Made by a program: the position numbers and the translations under genes. This document shows, piece after piece, positions 29,937 to 38,714 of a DNA stretch of 64,000 nt. The notes under the pieces are model-generated. The model was not told the DNA's origin, did no database searches, and was given only the letters and a program-made list of their open reading frames with translations. The stretch is taken from NCBI GenBank assembly GCA_013178285.1, contig JABLXD010000002.1, positions 66,122 to 130,121 of the forward strand, in the 5' to 3' direction. Origin of the DNA: Methanofastidiosum sp. (lineage in GTDB: Archaea; Methanobacteriota_B; Thermococci; Methanofastidiosales; Methanofastidiosaceae). Position 1 is the first letter of the stretch. Every line of letters begins with the position of its first letter.

Positions 29937-30698
29937 ATGAGTTCCAAGTTTTTAGGATCTGTAAGATTACATGCACCTTACCACCCTTCTATAGTCATTA
30001 AACTTGACAAATTAGAGTTCAGAGTTGATAGCCCATGTGGGGCAAAAAATGAAAATAAAGTATATCTTTTAACACATTTTCACTTTGATCACGTTAGGTC
30101 TTGTATGGCAGGGGGGGCAGACTTCCTAAGCCTTTCTGAAAATCCAATAAAAATCTACGCTCCTTACGATGAAAGAAAAGAATATGGCGAAACTGAAAAT
30201 GTGTTTGATATCCATTCCAAGATGATAAACTTCCATTCTAAAGGAAGAAGAAAACTTGCTCCTATTCGTGAAGAGGAGACTCTAAGATTTAACGGAACTA
30301 CTGTTGCTCCTGTGGCCTTTAAGCATACTGTGCCCAACTTTGGTTATTACATTAATAACTCGGAAACAAGTGTTCTTGTGACTGGAGATTGGGAAGGTTC
30401 AAATTACAGAAACAGACAAAATATCATAGCTTTGGCGCCAAGAGTTTTGATTACAGAGTGTAGATATTTTTTTGAAGAAGAGATAGAAATTGCTGAAGAA
30501 CGAATGCATGTTCATGTTGAGGATATTCTTGATTTAAAAGACGAATTAGAAAACACTGTCATTATCTTGACTCACATTTCTCATAGATACCGTGAACTTG
30601 ATGAGATTATAAAAATAACAAAGGAAAAGGACCTAATACTTGCAAAGAATATATCGTTTAACAACACCGGTTACCGTATCAGGGAACGATTCAAATAA
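29937..30698 (+). CDS. MBL-fold metallo-hydrolase (RNase Z-like short form)
   Basis: 253 aa; LLTHFHFDHV (HxHxDH) plus downstream His/Asp ligands. Confidence 0.6.
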   Translation: MSSKFLGSVRLHAPYHPSIVIKLDKLEFRVDSPCGAKNENKVYLLTHFHFDHVRSCMAGGADFLSLSENPIKIYAPYDERKEYGETENVFDIHSKMINFHSKGRRKLAPIREEETLRFNGTTVAPVAFKHTVPNFGYYINNSETSVLVTGDWEGSNYRNRQNIIALAPRVLITECRYFFEEEIEIAEERMHVHVEDILDLKDELENTVIILTHISHRYRELDEIIKITKEKDLILAKNISFNNTGYRIRERFK

Positions 30699-30749
30699 AA
30701 AGTATAATATATAAAGAATATTTGTTTTTCTAGATATTTGATAACAGTA

Positions 30750-30760
30750 AATTTTAAATA
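30750..30760 (+). promoter_or_regulatory. Archaeal TATA box (TTTAAATA) ~27 nt upstream of the structured RNA
   Basis: AAATTTTAAATAAAG positioned appropriately before the GC-rich island. Confidence 0.45.
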
Positions 30761-30783
30761 AAGTTAATTGAATATTTAATGTT

Positions 30784-31066
30784 GCACAGGTCGAAACTTC
30801 GCTGGTAACAAAGTCTTTCATTCCTTGCGTCTGAGCCGCTTAGGCGGATTTGAGTATCACGCTCCACCGCATACAAGGCTCTTGGACAAGGGTATTTCCG
30901 GGATGGCTAGGTCTTATCGGAAAGTGTTCGAGTCAATTCGAACTTACCCGGTCCATGACATTGGAAAAAATGTCTCTATCGGACACCGAAAGACAGAAGC
31001 CGCTTCGAGAAGTCGAAGCATCCGGCTATGGAAGACCTACTCCTCCGAAGCGACAAACTGTGCATT
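30784..31066 (+). ncRNA. GC-rich structured RNA, candidate SRP (7S) RNA
   Basis: ~50% GC island in a 32% GC genome; 5'/3' terminal helix GCACAGGUCG / CGAC-AAA-CUGUGC; internal hairpins incl. AGCCG-CUUCGA-GAAG-UCGAAG-CAUC-CGGCU (GNRA-like loop + 3' asymmetric AGCA-containing loop, helix-8-like); oligo-T immediately 3'; overlapping stop-free ORFs on + strand. Confidence 0.5.
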
Positions 31067-31076
31067 TCTCTTTTTT
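31067..31076 (+). terminator. Oligo-T archaeal terminator after structured RNA
   Basis: TCTCTTTTTT run directly following terminal helix. Confidence 0.45.
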
Positions 31077-31183
31077 AATAATTTAATCGATTACTAATTA
31101 AAAGATAAGAATTTTAAGATTGAGGGTCCAACTGACACTAATTAAAAGGTATATTTTTTAAAGGATTAAAAAATATTAAGATT

Positions 31184-32242
31184 ATGAAATTGATTGTTTC
31201 TTTTTTGGTTTTTGCTATACTTGTATTTTCAAGCTTCTCAGCTTTTTCTTCTGAACAGTCTATTTTATACGAATTAAAAAATGGATACATTGTTACAGAT
31301 GTATCTTTTGATTCAAACACAGATAGTATTTATCTTGCAGGTAACTTGGAAGGGGACAATAGTTCCTTTATAATTAAGTCAAAAGAAGGCCAATTTTTAA
31401 GAGAGCAGACTATTGAAAGCTTCAAATTATCTAAAATTCTTAATGATAACTTTTCAAATATTTACCTACTTGGAATTTCAAACGAAGGGGACAACATTCT
31501 TATAAAGCTCACATCGAGCCTCAGCAAACGGTGGGAAATCAAAATAATAAATTCTAGTAGAGATATACTTTCGTCTTTTACAGTAAATGATAAGCAAGAG
31601 GTCACTGTTGTTGGGTATTCAACAAACAAAAGGGAATCGGATAGTTTTATTGTAAAAATTGATCGCAATGGAAATATTATTTCAAAAAAAGTATTGGATG
31701 TTGGGCCTTATGAAAGGCCTTACGATATACTAGAGGATTATGAAGGTAACTTCTACCTAACTGGAGAATCAAAAAATAAGAACTACGATATTTTTGTGTG
31801 TAAACTTACAAAGGATTTTGATATCCTTTGGATTGACTTTTATGATAATAATAATTGGGAAGATGGAGGCCTTTGCCTTGAGCTAATCGACGGAGATGTT
31901 GTTGCAACAGGATACTCTGGAAAAGAAGGATGGTATGTTTTTGACACTGTCTTTCTTAGATATTCTTCAGAGAGTAATACAAGTAATTTTACAAGAAAGA
32001 GTTTTTCAAATGGAAGTGACTGGATTAGACAATTAAAGAGAAACGGAGACCAATACTACGCTATCTTGTGGGATATCCTTACAGGAAAAGAATATTATTT
32101 GAAACTAGATTATTACTTTGATACATTAAACAAACAAGAAATTGGAGAAGGTGAAACTCCAATTAGAATAATGAATATAGGAGACGAAACATACACGGTA
32201 TTTGCCAAAGAAAATACAATTTATATAAAAGATTTAGGATAA
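31184..32242 (+). CDS. Secreted beta-propeller-repeat protein (SBBP-like repeats)
   Basis: 352 aa; N-terminal signal peptide; ~5 repeats of pattern G(Y/I)S..(G/D)..D.F(I/V)(V/C)K(I/L)...G(N/D)I(L/I)W. Confidence 0.5.
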   Translation: MKLIVSFLVFAILVFSSFSAFSSEQSILYELKNGYIVTDVSFDSNTDSIYLAGNLEGDNSSFIIKSKEGQFLREQTIESFKLSKILNDNFSNIYLLGISNEGDNILIKLTSSLSKRWEIKIINSSRDILSSFTVNDKQEVTVVGYSTNKRESDSFIVKIDRNGNIISKKVLDVGPYERPYDILEDYEGNFYLTGESKNKNYDIFVCKLTKDFDILWIDFYDNNNWEDGGLCLELIDGDVVATGYSGKEGWYVFDTVFLRYSSESNTSNFTRKSFSNGSDWIRQLKRNGDQYYAILWDILTGKEYYLKLDYYFDTLNKQEIGEGETPIRIMNIGDETYTVFAKENTIYIKDLG

Positions 32243-32650
32243 TTACTGTGAGCCTGGCAGATAATCTTCCTCATTTGCGATATGATACACCGTCCTAAGA
32301 GGTATCTTTAGGCTTTTTGAGATCTCTTTTACTGGAACTCCAAGCTCATACATCTTTTTTAATTTACCCACAGTTTCATCGTCATATTTATTTGGCCTTC
32401 CAGCCCCATCACCAAAAGGAATAAGAAGCACCCCTACCCTTTCAAGGGCTTTTTTGACACGTATTGAAGTAAGAGAGTAAAGACTTTTGGGACACAATAT
32501 ATACTTTACATTGGGGGCATGTTCTAAGACTTCAACCATAATGTCTACTGATGGCCTCATATTGATATAGATTTTTTCATCAGTAGTAGAAAGATCAGAT
32601 CTTAATTTTCTTATAAGATCCCGTTTATTCTTTGCAATTATTTTCTTCAA
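32243..32650 (-). CDS. Small protein with C-terminal resolvase/Hin-type helix-turn-helix
   Basis: 135 aa; C-terminal KEISKSLKIPLRTVYHI HTH; 4-nt overlap with upstream gene. Confidence 0.45.
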   Translation of the reverse strand: MKKIIAKNKRDLIRKLRSDLSTTDEKIYINMRPSVDIMVEVLEHAPNVKYILCPKSLYSLTSIRVKKALERVGVLLIPFGDGAGRPNKYDDETVGKLKKMYELGVPVKEISKSLKIPLRTVYHIANEEDYLPGSQ

Positions 32651-33801
32651 TCTTGGACCCCCTTAAGTTCTTGTAAAAATTTCTTTGTTATATCTTTTTT
32701 CTCTCCACTTTTAACTACTCTTTCAAGTAAATGTTTACTCTCTTTAGAGATAATCCCATAATTTTCTGCCCTTATCAAAGCAGATTCGAATTCATTATTT
32801 TCTATTGAGAAAAATAACAAAGTCTTGTCATAATCTTCTGAAACCAAATAATATGAAATCGCGGCAACTAAACTATTCTTCTCTTTTAAATTCATTTCCT
32901 TAAGTTTATTCATCATTTCTTCTTTCAATAAAACTGTCTTATAGAATCTACCCAGTAGTGATTCGTTAGGGTCAGGATCTATTGTAGGAAATGGCCCTCC
33001 ATATATTTTTCTTTCCATATATGTTTTTTTCAGATAAAATAGAGCTATGTCCCCAGCAATTGCATCAACACCAAATGGGGCATAAGCTATAGAAAGAACT
33101 TTTCTTATATGTTTGTCATATATTGGTGGCCTTCCTAGATCGATTGTTTCTTCATAGAACTCTCGTTTGAATTGAGAATAGTCTTTTTTGAATGGTGAGT
33201 ATTCCTTTGGGCCCATCATTCCATATTCCTGAGGGATTCTCTTTTTTGTAGATGGTTTGCTCTTTGATTTATCCCCAAGAATATCCATAATTTTACGATA
33301 ATTTTCCCTCTCTTCCTTAGTTAAGGAAAAAAGAGTTTTCATGTACTCTCCGGAAAAAGAAAGATATTTCAGTATCTCTAATCTATAGACCCCATCGGGA
33401 CTAAAAATAAATTTACCTTCCCCCCCATCTTCTGTAAACTTAATAGCCTCGTGTCCAGTATATATGGTGCCATCCTTTTCAAATCCCATAGCATCTATTA
33501 GCTGGCCTATTGCAACTCTATGTGCTGCTATAGAATGTTGTATATTATCAAAACAGATCTTCTTCTCCATCGCCCTTTTTCTAAAATATGGGTCTTGTGC
33601 ATCTTTGAGTCCTTTAATAACAAAATAGGGATTTTGATATCCCAAAAATTCTATTTTTCGCCGGATTGATATTAGTTCTTCATAATCTCTTTTGAGTTTT
33701 AGATATGTTCCAAGAAAGTATTCACTGTCCTTTAGTTTTTCAGGGTTCACACTATACTTTAAAGTATCAAGATAACTAGAAATCCTTGATATTAGACTCA
33801 T
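32647..33801 (-). CDS. Hypothetical protein (384 aa), translationally coupled to downstream HTH gene
   Basis: No recognisable catalytic or nucleotide-binding motifs. Confidence 0.4.
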   Translation of the reverse strand: MSLISRISSYLDTLKYSVNPEKLKDSEYFLGTYLKLKRDYEELISIRRKIEFLGYQNPYFVIKGLKDAQDPYFRKRAMEKKICFDNIQHSIAAHRVAIGQLIDAMGFEKDGTIYTGHEAIKFTEDGGEGKFIFSPDGVYRLEILKYLSFSGEYMKTLFSLTKEERENYRKIMDILGDKSKSKPSTKKRIPQEYGMMGPKEYSPFKKDYSQFKREFYEETIDLGRPPIYDKHIRKVLSIAYAPFGVDAIAGDIALFYLKKTYMERKIYGGPFPTIDPDPNESLLGRFYKTVLLKEEMMNKLKEMNLKEKNSLVAAISYYLVSEDYDKTLLFFSIENNEFESALIRAENYGIISKESKHLLERVVKSGEKKDITKKFLQELKGVQD

Positions 33802-33888
33802 GTTTTTCGCCGGGATTTAAGATAATTGCAATAATCTTATAAAGATATCCCTGAAAAAATATTGCAAAAAAAGAGAAAAAATAAAAAA

Positions 33889-34764
33889 TTAAAATTGTTT
33901 GTATATCTTGTAATCAAGCCCCATGCTTTCAGGCGAATCACGGTTCCAAAAAACAATATAATATATTCCTTTTTCTGGCACGGTCCATTTCAATTGCTCA
34001 TAGCTTCGTTCTCTATCATTTGTGGAATCAAGGTATATTTTTCCGGAATAGTCTACTGGAGATTTTTTCCAGCTAGTATATCCATCTGCATCTAAGATAT
34101 ACATTTTGATAAAGTGATTTCTATATTCATTTTGTCTAACACTGTAATATATATTGAGAACTTCTCCTTTCTGAAGGGTAGTTGCATAAGCTCTCCATCC
34201 GTCTTTGCTATAACTTACATTTGTTCCTTTTGCAATGACATATTCATATTTATCTAATTTTTCTCCAGAAGAGATTATAGCAGAAAAGTAGTATTGTACT
34301 TGGAAACTATTTAAGTTATAGATTACAAAGAAATATGGCCCATCTTCGGGGAAGGTGTATTCAAATTCTGATTTTGTGCCTGAGTAAAATTTTAGATATT
34401 GATTATTTTTTCTCATGTTGCTAAGGCCATATAAAGAGAAGTAGTTATGTTGTGTGCTATTTAAAATAAATATTTCGAAAGTTTCATTATCGGTAGTTTC
34501 ATATGAGAATTTCACTTTGCTCCCTTTTGTCAAAGCCATCCCATATTGTTTATAGTAAGTCCCATTCAAAGTATATTTTTCATTGTAAAGAACTTCTCCT
34601 GTGCTTGACGATTCTGGACTCGAAGTTGTTTCTGTCTGTTGCTGAGTAGTTTGTGTTCCGGACTGTTGTTGATTTGAACCTGGCGTTGAACACATAGCTG
34701 CAAGTGCCACCAATACTATCAATCCAAAAACAATGAATTTGTTATTCATCGTGATTAATGACAA
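33889..34764 (-). CDS. Secreted/lipid-anchored protein with Thr/Gln/Ser-rich linker
   Basis: 291 aa; signal peptide ending LAAMCS (lipobox-like), QQQSGTQTTQQQTETTSSPESSST linker, beta-rich C-terminal domain. Confidence 0.4.
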   Translation of the reverse strand: MSLITMNNKFIVFGLIVLVALAAMCSTPGSNQQQSGTQTTQQQTETTSSPESSSTGEVLYNEKYTLNGTYYKQYGMALTKGSKVKFSYETTDNETFEIFILNSTQHNYFSLYGLSNMRKNNQYLKFYSGTKSEFEYTFPEDGPYFFVIYNLNSFQVQYYFSAIISSGEKLDKYEYVIAKGTNVSYSKDGWRAYATTLQKGEVLNIYYSVRQNEYRNHFIKMYILDADGYTSWKKSPVDYSGKIYLDSTNDRERSYEQLKWTVPEKGIYYIVFWNRDSPESMGLDYKIYKQF

Positions 34765-34789
34765 CTTGAAGTTTAAATATTTATCCGCT

Positions 34790-35512
34790 TCAATAGCTAT
34801 ATAGCCTCTGGAACGGCCTAGAGTTTAGCGGACTTAACTTAACGAATGAATTTAAGTCGTATTTATCTTTGGAGTTCATATCTTGCGAATATTCTTTTAG
34901 AACATTTGTTAAGAAATTTATATCCCACTCATCTAGAGGGGTTATTGCAACTCCCTTCCCAATATTGTACTCATCAACACTTCCACGAATATATATTGCG
35001 CCTCCATGCATGCCAACTCCAATATAGTTGCTATCCAACTTAGAATTATTTTTACACAATACTACTATTATTCCAGAAGCCATATACTCTCCAAGAAAAT
35101 CACCTGCATCCTCTCCTATTACTATAACAGGAATTTTCTCTCCAAATGCCTTCATGTGGATCCCACACCTGTAGCCAACTTTTCCTTTAACAAATATCTT
35201 CCCGCCACGCATAGCATAACCCAAGATATCTCCAGCATCGCCATGTACGACGATCTTACCGCTGTTCATTGTATTTCCAACACAGTCTTGGATATTTGAG
35301 TTCACAAATATGCTTGGGCCGTCCATCATTCCACCAAGATCATTTCCAGGTACTCCATTAATTATTGCCTTTATAGAATTCTTAAATCCTGCAAATAGAT
35401 AGCTCTGACCATTTATGTTGTTCATTACTAATTCTTTTTCACCGTTTTCTATTGCTTTCCGTATAGACTTGTTTATTTCGGTGTAATTTAGTCCTTTGCA
35501 ATTAAGAATCAT
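34790..35512 (-). CDS. Glutamate synthase domain-3 (GXGXG) protein
   Basis: 240 aa; repeated G.GD..G motifs of GltS C-terminal beta-helix domain. Confidence 0.8.
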   Translation of the reverse strand: MILNCKGLNYTEINKSIRKAIENGEKELVMNNINGQSYLFAGFKNSIKAIINGVPGNDLGGMMDGPSIFVNSNIQDCVGNTMNSGKIVVHGDAGDILGYAMRGGKIFVKGKVGYRCGIHMKAFGEKIPVIVIGEDAGDFLGEYMASGIIVVLCKNNSKLDSNYIGVGMHGGAIYIRGSVDEYNIGKGVAITPLDEWDINFLTNVLKEYSQDMNSKDKYDLNSFVKLSPLNSRPFQRLYSY

Positions 35513-36765
35513 TTGATCCCCTCAGTATAAGATTTAACTATTATTTCCCTCATCTCCCTTGGAAGAGTATAAAAGTTAATTTTGGCGTTTAATAATTCTT
35601 CTTTTATAGATGAAACATCTACTTTATTTCTAATGATATTATTTAAAATACCTGCACGGTCTATATCTCCCAGAAGTGCTGCTCCAACTAATTTCCCATC
35701 CCTAATAACTAGTTTTCTATAAACTTTCTTTTCAGAGTCTAGTGAAAAAAGAACTTCGTCATTTTCATTTGGAGATAATAATCCCATTGTTATTAATTCA
35801 ACATCAAAAATTTGTAGTGAGTTCATAGGGTAAACTGTATCAATCTTACTGTCGCCACCTGACATATTAATCCCTGCACAGTATCCACCCCCATATGCAT
35901 TGGGGAGAATTGGAATATTGCAATAGCTATCTTCAAGATAATTATACATTTCAGTCACATCTCCTGCTGCAAAAACATCCTCAATGTTAGTCCTCATGTG
36001 GTCATCAACTTTTATGCCCCGATTGATAGTAAGTTCTGTTTTTTGAAATAGAGATACCTCAGGTTTTACGCCTTTACAGGAGACTACTGCATCGCAAGTT
36101 ATGCTTCCCTTGTCTAGTTTGATTTCTATTTTTGGCCCTTCTTTCTTTGCACTTATTATTTTTCTTGAAAGTAGCAAATTGACTCCACTTTTTATAATCT
36201 CATTGTTAAGTATTTCAGAAATCTTTTCATCCCCGAGAGAGCTCAAAACTCCTTTAGAACCAACTATAAGAAATACTTCTTTCCCCATATTATGTAGATA
36301 TTCAGATAACTTAACACCAATTAATCCACCACCAAGAATTGAAATTCTATCTTTATTGGCAAGAGCCTCTTTGAGTTTAAGAGCTTCTTCTATATTTGTG
36401 AATGAGAATAGTTCTCCATCAAATCCCTTTATATCAAGTACATTTGATTTGGCGCCTGTTGCTATAAGTAATTTATCATACTTTATTGTTTCTTTGTCAA
36501 CTACCAATATTTTTTTATTGAAGTCAACTGAGTTTAACGATTTTCCTAAAATAGTTGAAACATTGTATTTATTATAAAAGTCATCTTTTCTATAATATAT
36601 GTTTTCTAAACTATCTTTCTTTAACATCTTGTAAAGTTGAGGTTTTGAATAAGATACACAATTTTCTTTAGAGATTAAGATAATCTCATTTTCATTGTCA
36701 TTATTTCTTATTCCTTCAATTGCTCCAATTGCTGCAGCTCCATTACCTATTATAACGTATCTCAT
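35509..36765 (-). CDS. FAD/NAD(P)-dependent pyridine-nucleotide-disulfide-family oxidoreductase
   Basis: 418 aa; two Rossmann GxGxxG motifs (IIGNGAAAIGA; ILGGGLIGVKL), AAGDV. Confidence 0.75.
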   Translation of the reverse strand: MRYVIIGNGAAAIGAIEGIRNNDNENEIILISKENCVSYSKPQLYKMLKKDSLENIYYRKDDFYNKYNVSTILGKSLNSVDFNKKILVVDKETIKYDKLLIATGAKSNVLDIKGFDGELFSFTNIEEALKLKEALANKDRISILGGGLIGVKLSEYLHNMGKEVFLIVGSKGVLSSLGDEKISEILNNEIIKSGVNLLLSRKIISAKKEGPKIEIKLDKGSITCDAVVSCKGVKPEVSLFQKTELTINRGIKVDDHMRTNIEDVFAAGDVTEMYNYLEDSYCNIPILPNAYGGGYCAGINMSGGDSKIDTVYPMNSLQIFDVELITMGLLSPNENDEVLFSLDSEKKVYRKLVIRDGKLVGAALLGDIDRAGILNNIIRNKVDVSSIKEELLNAKINFYTLPREMREIIVKSYTEGIK

Positions 36766-37200
36766 TTAGTCCACCTCATACGCCAATGCTTTGTTAGGGC
36801 AGTTGAGAACACAAATAGGAACTTCCTCATCATGACAGTGGTCACACTTGAAAGCTTTTTTATCACCTTTCTTTATGGCTCCAAATGGACAGACCATAAC
36901 ACACATCCAGCAGCCAACGCATCTCTCAGCGTCAATTATAACAGTTCCATCTTCTGTTCTTATCGCACCCATAGAACAAGCTTTAATGCATAAGGGATCT
37001 TTGCAATTCATACATACAATTGATCCACAGACGTGTTCTTTTTGTTCAAATGCCATTCTTGAGGGTTCTTTTTCATTCTCAAATTTATATGCCAAAATGA
37101 TGTCTTTGGATTTAGAATGTTTAACATTACAGTGAACTTCACATAATCTGCATCCAATGCAGAAATCCTCATCACATACTATCCTTCTTTTCATGTTCAC
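36766..37200 (-). CDS. 4Fe-4S cluster ferredoxin-like protein
   Basis: 144 aa; CIGCRLCEVHC, CVGCWMCVMVCP and further Cys clusters. Confidence 0.7.
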   Translation of the reverse strand: MNMKRRIVCDEDFCIGCRLCEVHCNVKHSKSKDIILAYKFENEKEPSRMAFEQKEHVCGSIVCMNCKDPLCIKACSMGAIRTEDGTVIIDAERCVGCWMCVMVCPFGAIKKGDKKAFKCDHCHDEEVPICVLNCPNKALAYEVD

Positions 37201-38714
37201 AACCCCGCATGTTCAATGCCCAATATTTTAGATTCTAATTCTGTGAGTCCGACTCCCCTTAATCTAAGCCTGTTACCCCTAAGGGCTTCTATTGCATTTA
37301 TACCCATACTTCCAAGAATTTCCTTTATTTCTAGATTCCAACTGTTAACAAGATTTGTCAATTTTTCAGAGCCAATTGCAGGATTTAATCTTCTTGTTAA
37401 AACAGGGTCTTGTGTTGTTAGTCCCCAATTACATTTTCCTTTGTAACATTTCTGACATAGTGTGCACCCCATCGCAATTAGTGCTGCTGTGGCTATGTAG
37501 ACCGCATCGGCGCCCAAGGCCATAGCTTTTACAGCGTCCGCACTTGATCTTATTCCACCTGCAGCAACTATTGAAACTTCATTTCTGATGCTTTCATCCC
37601 TTAATCTTTGATCTATGACGGCAAGTGCAACTTCAATTGGCATGCCTGTATTGTCACGAATAACTGAAGGTGCTGCACCGGTACCGCCCCTAAATCCATC
37701 AACTACAATTACATCGGCACCTGCCCTGACAATTCCAGATGCTATTGCAGCAGAATTATGTACGGCCGCAATTTTTACAAAAATAGGTTTTTCATAATTA
37801 GTTGCTTCCTTAATCAAAGATATTAATTGCTTTAGATCTTCAATCGAATATATGTCGTGGTGTGGTGCTGGAGATATGGCATCAGTTCCAGAGGGAATCA
37901 TTCTTGTCTCAGATATTTCTACTGTAACCTTTTCTCCCGGAAGGTGGCCACCTATACCGGGCTTTGCTCCTTGGCCAATTTTGATTTCAATTGCGGCACA
38001 GGTACTTAGATAATCTGTATCAACACCAAATCTACCTGAAGCCACTTGCCCAATTGTATTTTTTCCGTATTTGTATAGTTTTTTATGTAGTCCTCCTTCT
38101 CCAGTATTATAAAATGTGCCGAGTTTTGTAGCTGCAGATGCAAGAGATTCGCATGTATTAAGGCTTATAGAACCATAAGACATTGCAGAAAACATTATTG
38201 GGGTCTCAAGCTTAAGTTGAGGCGATAATTCAGTTTCGAGTGATATTTCTCCGTTTTCCTCTTTTATTGATACCCTGCCAGGTTTCTTACCCAAATATGT
38301 CCTTAATTCCATTGGTTCCCTTAAAGGGTCTATTGGTGGGTTAGTTACCTGCGAAGCGTCTAGTAGCATTTTATCCCAGTAAGAAACGTAAGGTTTGTCA
38401 TTTCCGCTACCTGTAAGAATCATTCCTCCAGTTTCAGCCTGTTTTTTTATACTATTGATAGTATAGGAGCTCCAGTGTGAGTTTTCTTTGTAAAGCGCAT
38501 TGTTTTTTGTGATAGTTAGTGCGTCTGTTGGACACATCATTTCACATCTATGACAGCCAACACATTTGTCATTGTAAATGCGAATTAAGTCAAAATCCTC
38601 AAAGTACTTAAATACTTCTTCAGAGCATTGTCTTACACAGACTTTACATTTGATGCATCTGTCTTCATTTTTATCAACAATAAATTCGGGAATTACATTA
38701 GACATAGTTACCAT
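37197..38714 (-). CDS. Archaeal glutamate synthase FMN-binding domain-2 subunit with N-terminal 2[4Fe-4S] ferredoxin domain
   Basis: 505 aa; CIKCKVCVRQC / CVGCHRCEMMCP then GltS FMN-domain motifs (GEGG, GGTGAAP). Confidence 0.85.
   Translation of the reverse strand: MVTMSNVIPEFIVDKNEDRCIKCKVCVRQCSEEVFKYFEDFDLIRIYNDKCVGCHRCEMMCPTDALTITKNNALYKENSHWSSYTINSIKKQAETGGMILTGSGNDKPYVSYWDKMLLDASQVTNPPIDPLREPMELRTYLGKKPGRVSIKEENGEISLETELSPQLKLETPIMFSAMSYGSISLNTCESLASAATKLGTFYNTGEGGLHKKLYKYGKNTIGQVASGRFGVDTDYLSTCAAIEIKIGQGAKPGIGGHLPGEKVTVEISETRMIPSGTDAISPAPHHDIYSIEDLKQLISLIKEATNYEKPIFVKIAAVHNSAAIASGIVRAGADVIVVDGFRGGTGAAPSVIRDNTGMPIEVALAVIDQRLRDESIRNEVSIVAAGGIRSSADAVKAMALGADAVYIATAALIAMGCTLCQKCYKGKCNWGLTTQDPVLTRRLNPAIGSEKLTNLVNSWNLEIKEILGSMGINAIEALRGNRLRLRGVGLTELESKILGIEHAGL

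Noticed and set aside
30784-31066. RNase P RNA as identity of the structured RNA
   Set aside because: The near-universal P4 motif GGAAAGUCC is absent on both strands; only a weak ACAGAAG-CCGCUU resemblance to CR-V was seen, and the ~70 nt after it do not fit RNase P 3' architecture. SRP RNA fits better but remains unproven.
30825-31097. Two overlapping + strand ORFs (90 and 78 aa) in the GC-rich island
   Set aside because: They overlap each other in different frames, have Arg/Gly/Ser-rich low-complexity translations typical of GC-rich RNA genes in AT-rich genomes, and coincide exactly with a helix-rich region bounded by a TATA box and oligo-T. Interpreted as an ncRNA, not CDS.
36101-37135. 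Plus-strand ORFs 36101-36577 and 36848-37135 opposite the glt oxidoreductase and ferredoxin genes
   Set aside because: Antisense to well-supported genes; low-complexity Ser/Leu/Phe-rich products.
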